From Macrostomum lignano (Eukaryota): a stretch of DNA of 64,000 nucleotides. The notes under the pieces were generated by a model that saw only the letters and a program-made list of their open reading frames with translations, was not told where the DNA came from and made no database searches. This document shows, one piece after another, positions 61,701-64,000 of this stretch. The DNA is taken from contig NIVC01001072.1 in assembly GCA_002269645.1 (NCBI GenBank), positions 248,001 through 312,000 on the forward strand, in the 5' to 3' direction. The first letter of the stretch is position 1; each line of letters begins with the position of its first letter. The position numbers and the translations under genes are program-made.

Positions 61701-61817
61701 CGCGATTTTGTTAAATACGATTTCTTTCAAACCCTGTCGGCTGTTGGCGGCCTGCTCATGATTGTGGCCGTCGGGCCCGGCGACGTGAGCCTGGATCAGC
61801 GCAAGAAGGATTGGTAA
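38250..61817 (+). CDS. SURF4: SURF4/Erv29 ER cargo receptor, 3 exons (38250-38315, 59650-60125, 61526-61817), ~277 aa
   Basis: Exon 2 has [26 protein letters not shown] and [12 protein letters not shown]. Exon 3 has [15 protein letters not shown] and the C-terminal ER-retrieval motif KKDW*. Exon 1, [22 protein letters not shown]|, matches the SURF4 N-terminal AEDxADx motif and splices in phase 0. Confidence 0.9.
40775..44745 (-). CDS. DDE transposase (hAT/P-type CxxH group), 6 exons, ~1139 aa, with a C-terminal Spindlin-like Tudor domain
   Basis: Exons 44745-44032, 43887-43513, 43370-42926, 42858-42281, 42183-41625, 41523-40775; all GT-AG, phase-consistent, total 3420 nt. Motifs: N-terminal coiled coil, LMTDATS (D), LMTDRHVVN (D), FCGMH (CxxH), [14 protein letters not shown] (E). 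Confidence 0.85.
45155..45303. mobile_element. Small palindromic MITE-like insert
   Basis: Inverted repeat ACCAAAG(G)ACCACTAGAA at 45155-45171 and 45286-45303; no clear TSD. Confidence 0.45.
45381..45602 (-). CDS. Small orphan ORF (73 aa) within the hAT-like element, with a duplicated INWSAxLDxVL motif
   Basis: ATG preceded by a splice acceptor (gacttacag|, 45617); internal peptide repeat. Confidence 0.5.
   Translation of the reverse strand: MSGVINWSAVLDNVLTASALTSRIPGYYEDEVNNRVLTLAQPSSNNEEPAPNPINWSALLDSVLQTSCTPHEE
45874..46371 (-). CDS. Orphan acidic/Gln-rich coiled-coil protein with a Pro-rich tail (165 aa) within the hAT-like element
   Basis: GC-rich ORF in an AT-rich context; 120-nt 5' UTR intron 46505-46386 (ag|gtgaga ... 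ttttgcag|); AATAAA downstream of the stop. Confidence 0.6.
   Translation of the reverse strand: MDRHNEQEEEDVMEDEAPEVLIPYLEDLREEFGEKQRLVIEQLQVNMHQQQQLLQPHNVHNPSVQQQQDRLAALDRLFGEQQRLLERQQQLLEYQQMGVRRQQEVLELQRQRQAAAEEEDREEEDDDELGEDFFRLPLLPHRRSPPPSPPPSPPPPAPVRMPQQG
49509..52470 (-). CDS. EnSpm accessory (ORF2) protein, DUF4806-like, 6 exons, ~782 aa
   Basis: Exons 52470-52285, 52197-52042, 51879-51094, 50964-50760, 50650-49893, 49766-49509; all GT-AG and phase-consistent (2349 nt). FWPINSWE...INLIG...GFQST...LKHGGDR resembles DUF4806. Includes an EAEA tract and 18-aa repeats. Confidence 0.75.
49915..50500 (-). repeat. 54-bp coding minisatellite ([18 protein letters not shown])n, about 11 copies
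   Basis: Unit length is a multiple of 3 and lies in frame within exon 5 of ORF2. Confidence 0.9.
52835..54862 (+). CDS. CMC-EnSpm (CACTA) DDE transposase, 675 aa, intronless
   Basis: [61 protein letters not shown] and FPFENFLG are hallmark motifs of animal EnSpm transposases. Confidence 0.92.
   Translation: MTRQLRRQANKDLLGLFMEGEQEALEDIALQEKKRKVFEADDSGRVAGFIASESSVAEVNEGTDPDLDNDNGSYPDFDEFARVCSDEDEEIDKKEDDRSLEDKIFALLVVYFSCFNLSRGSKKFLVDGLRDIGLPAPKSVNSIEAVINAGDPTEKLEPMGKGHFRYISILKNLELMFRKNQLHMKPEYLQHDSETEKVYKIEAIVNFDGLPLYRASHFGLWPILMSIPSIFSRPFPVAVWAGCGKPPLNDYLRQFCDEAKRFLTGPIKIIENLSISFSTIRFVCDAPARAWVSVTQGHMSYVGCMYCRATGPYTDNRVTFSTSVGESRSSQQYREGKESNQENKKIALSPLLNLPNISFVDAFPPDYQHAVCLGVTRKLFYLFFDKSNGKKCLVYPGPMSLLGDRITMAAGWTPSNFQRRPRKIDLELKHMKATEFRQYLLYLGPVLFKGILNEERYNHFLYLHFAIYAYSNERYSKWWTQAKTCIEVFVERAAHLYGQKFISFNLHTILHLDEFVRKLGSLNNFSTFPFENFLGSVKRRVKVTRHMAAHSVKQVLRVRDLLLNEQRIPPLKFSTKRGDNCCIIDKVCVLIEAVSEANQVTGRILHPVDNIYANPYPSLRLGIGLYRMTSGVLTGTPERKCWILPANLLANLAGADRDPASHFFVIPLTGDSEEA
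55640..55698. repeat. (TA)n microsatellite
   Basis: Direct observation. Confidence 0.95.
56587..56640 (+). mobile_element. hAT-Charlie-like terminus (single end)
   Basis: CAGGGGTCAGCAAACTCCAGCCCACGGGCCACATGCGGCCCG matches the typical Charlie-type end; no partner end found. Confidence 0.55.
56789..56973. mobile_element. hAT-type MITE (185 bp) with a perfect 8-bp TSD
   Basis: TIRs CAGTGGCGCAACCAG / CTGGTTGCCCTACTG; TSD CTTGCTCC at 56781-56788 and 56974-56981. Confidence 0.9.
57311..57425 (-). mobile_element. Truncated inverted copy of the same MITE
   Basis: Matches the reverse complement of about 56860-56973. Confidence 0.8.
57859..58448 (+). repeat. 16-bp minisatellite (CAATTTGCCCGCCAGA)n, about 37 near-perfect copies
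   Basis: Direct observation; flanked by GC-rich inverted repeats containing GCGGCCGC. Confidence 0.97.
59650..60125 (+). CDS. SURF4: SURF4 exon 2
   Basis: ctctctcag|GTG ... AG|gtgagg. Confidence 0.95.
60200..61330 (+). repeat. 28/32-bp minisatellite (same family as 1-360) in SURF4 intron 2
   Basis: GCCAGCCTCCCAGATCCTCAG(TCAG)TTGCTG units. Confidence 0.95.
61345..61497 (+). repeat. 30-bp minisatellite (GATCCCCATAGAGTCGGCAGATCCCCCTCA)x5 before the SURF4 exon 3 acceptor
   Basis: Direct observation. Confidence 0.92.
61526..61817 (+). CDS. SURF4: SURF4 exon 3
   Basis: ccctgcag|A; ends RKKDW*. Confidence 0.95.
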
Positions 61818-62077
61818 ATTAAAGTGCAAAACGCAGTCTGGCTTGTGCGAGTTCTTGACAGTATAATTTTGTTGCTTCTGTTTGTTTTTGTTTGTGTGTG
61901 TCTTTGTTGCCTGTTTGTTTTTCTTCTGCTTGCTCCTAGTAGCTTATCCGTTACAGATGGTTGTCTATACCGACTGTAACCCCCCTTCTGTCATCTTAGT
62001 TTTTACCCGACGTAACATATACGGTTGTGTGCTTTTCGATTTTAGAAAGATAGATAGATACATTCGGATTGAATAGT

Positions 62078-62430
62078 TTAGGGATTTCAACATTCTTGAG
62101 GATTTGAGAATAGGGATTTCAAAATATTGGGAATTTGAAAATTAGGATTTCAAATTTTTAGGGATTTGAGAATTGGGATTACAATTTTTTGGGATTTGAG
62201 AATAGGGTTTTCAATTTTTTGGGAATTTGAGAATTAGGATTTCAAATTTTGGGAGATTTGAGAACAGTAGGAATTTCAAACTTTTGGAAATAGGGATTTC
62301 AAATTTTTGTCATTTGAAAATCGGGATTTCAAAGTTTTGGGATTTGACAATTGGGATTTTAATATATTGGGAATTAAAAATTTGATTTTAAAATTTTGAG
62401 ATTTGACAATTGGGATTTCAAATTTTCGGT
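62078..62430 (+). repeat. Degenerate GGGATTT-type repeat downstream of SURF4
   Basis: Direct observation. Confidence 0.75.
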
Positions 62431-64000
62431 ATTTAGAAATTGAATTGTTTCAAGTTTTTTTTAAGAAATAAAATGTAGAAGTTTTTAGAATTTGAGAAAT
62501 TCCATTTTACATGTTAGTGAATAATTTTCATTTGATTTTATTAATTATTTAGAATTTAGAAGTGAACTTAGAAGTAATAAAGAACTAGTCAGATTAATTA
62601 GCGAGTTTAGAATAACTCATAGAAGCTTTGTGGTTCCTAGTTGTCATCATATTTCGTATACAATGCGATATCAATAGTGATTTATAACATTTTTGACATT
62701 TTTATTACTCTGCTTGCGTTATCAAGTTGTCGACATGAATAGAAATTAATTCTCACAAATGTCATGTATTTCAATAATTAGTTGATGTGTTTCTCAGAAA
62801 ACAAACAGTTTCTGTATCGAATATTTTGTGCCCATTGCTAATTGGAAAGTAATGCTTTATTTGTTTGTCATTCAGTTTGTCTTTTTGAACGGGAACAAAT
62901 TAATAACGCCTGTTGCTAGGAGCTATTTATAGTCTTAGAAAATTTAATTCTCTCTTCGAATGCAGGTTTCGGGTTCTTCAGTATTGTGCTTTTAATCAAA
63001 GTGTAATCTTGTTTGTCATTTCAAAGTTAATCAAAATATTCTTCGAAATCAGAATTTCTTTTTTTTGTTAAAAAATGCTTTGTATTTTCCCCGTTCGGTC
63101 AAGCATTGGCGTTATATAACCAAATGATGTAACCGCCCTTGTCGCCTGTCCGCTCCGTAGAGAGACGAACGCATGGCTAGAGGGGGCAATGACCGTAGGC
63201 TGCCTATGACCGGGCAATGACCTGACGGACCTCCAGCACCAGACTGTCCCGCCCACATGATTAGTAGCTTTGGTAGCGCTTCGTGACCAGAGGGCCAAGG
63301 ACCCACATGGACCCCACCTGTAGCCAAGGTGCAATAGTTGGTCACTCGGTCATGGTATGACCGAGTGGCTGCCACCACTCTATGTGACCTGGCGCACCTG
63401 GATCTTGCTACCAGACCTCTCGAGGCTAGAGCCCCGCCTGGATTGGTTACCAGGGGATTTAGGCTAACAGGGGAGACACATGCAGCCGAGTACAGGGACT
63501 CTGCTTGGGGCATGATCGGGAACTCTGGGCTCAATCCTGGAGGATTTCTCAGCAGGGGATCCTTTGTGGCTGTGAGCGAGGCTGGCTTGCGACTTTGATT
63601 ACTAAGAGTAGTATGAGGCGAACATGTACTGTCTACAGTTTAGATTGCTCAGGGCGAAGGGACGCGTTAGCATGGGGTTGCAACCTTCCTACTGCCATTC
63701 TGTGCCAAGACTCGCTAATCCCTCTACTGCACGCACACGCGGCCCCGCAGCACGCACTCACAGGCGGGCTTTGCACGGGAGAGGCCATTAGCTTACCCAA
63801 ACTTCCTTATGCTTTGCCACCCCGGGAGAAAGGCTTAGCAAGCCATGAGTGAAATGATGGTGAAAGATTGAATAATGATGAAGTTAGTTAATAGTTAATA
63901 ATTAGGCCCTTAGGCAAATAAGCAGGCAATTAGGCGGCTTCACTATTGAGTAAAATACAGCAAAAGATACGGTATCACAATTGGCTCAGCTCTCTAATCA

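Overview
Eukaryotic (metazoan) genomic window. GC-rich exons separated by introns packed with tandem repeats suggest a free-living flatworm such as Macrostomum lignano (inferred, not verifiable here). From left to right: (1) the last 17 coding exons of TRRAP/Tra1 (478-21012, + strand), ending in the FATC motif YQPWL*, with one apparent 1-bp frameshift, one GC-AG intron and a different minisatellite in almost every intron; (2) a two-exon secreted ependymin-like gene (24340-26816) whose intron is a (GTTA)n microsatellite; (3) a satellite field (27.6-35.2 kb); (4) a decayed RTE-like LINE (35.9-37.9 kb, - strand); (5) SURF4/Erv29 (38250-61817, +), whose 66-nt first exon is separated from exon 2 by a 21.3-kb intron. 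That intron holds two apparently intact autonomous DNA transposons. The first is a divergent hAT-like element with a 6-exon, ~1139-aa transposase that ends in an RG-rich tract plus a Spindlin-like Tudor domain, and it carries two small orphan ORFs. The second is a 10.3-kb CACTA/EnSpm element with a 675-aa transposase, a divergently transcribed 6-exon DUF4806-like gene, and nested MITEs and a satellite. The Tudor-fused transposase with its cargo ORFs is the best candidate for an under-described system. All family assignments come from motifs recognised by eye; no database search was run.
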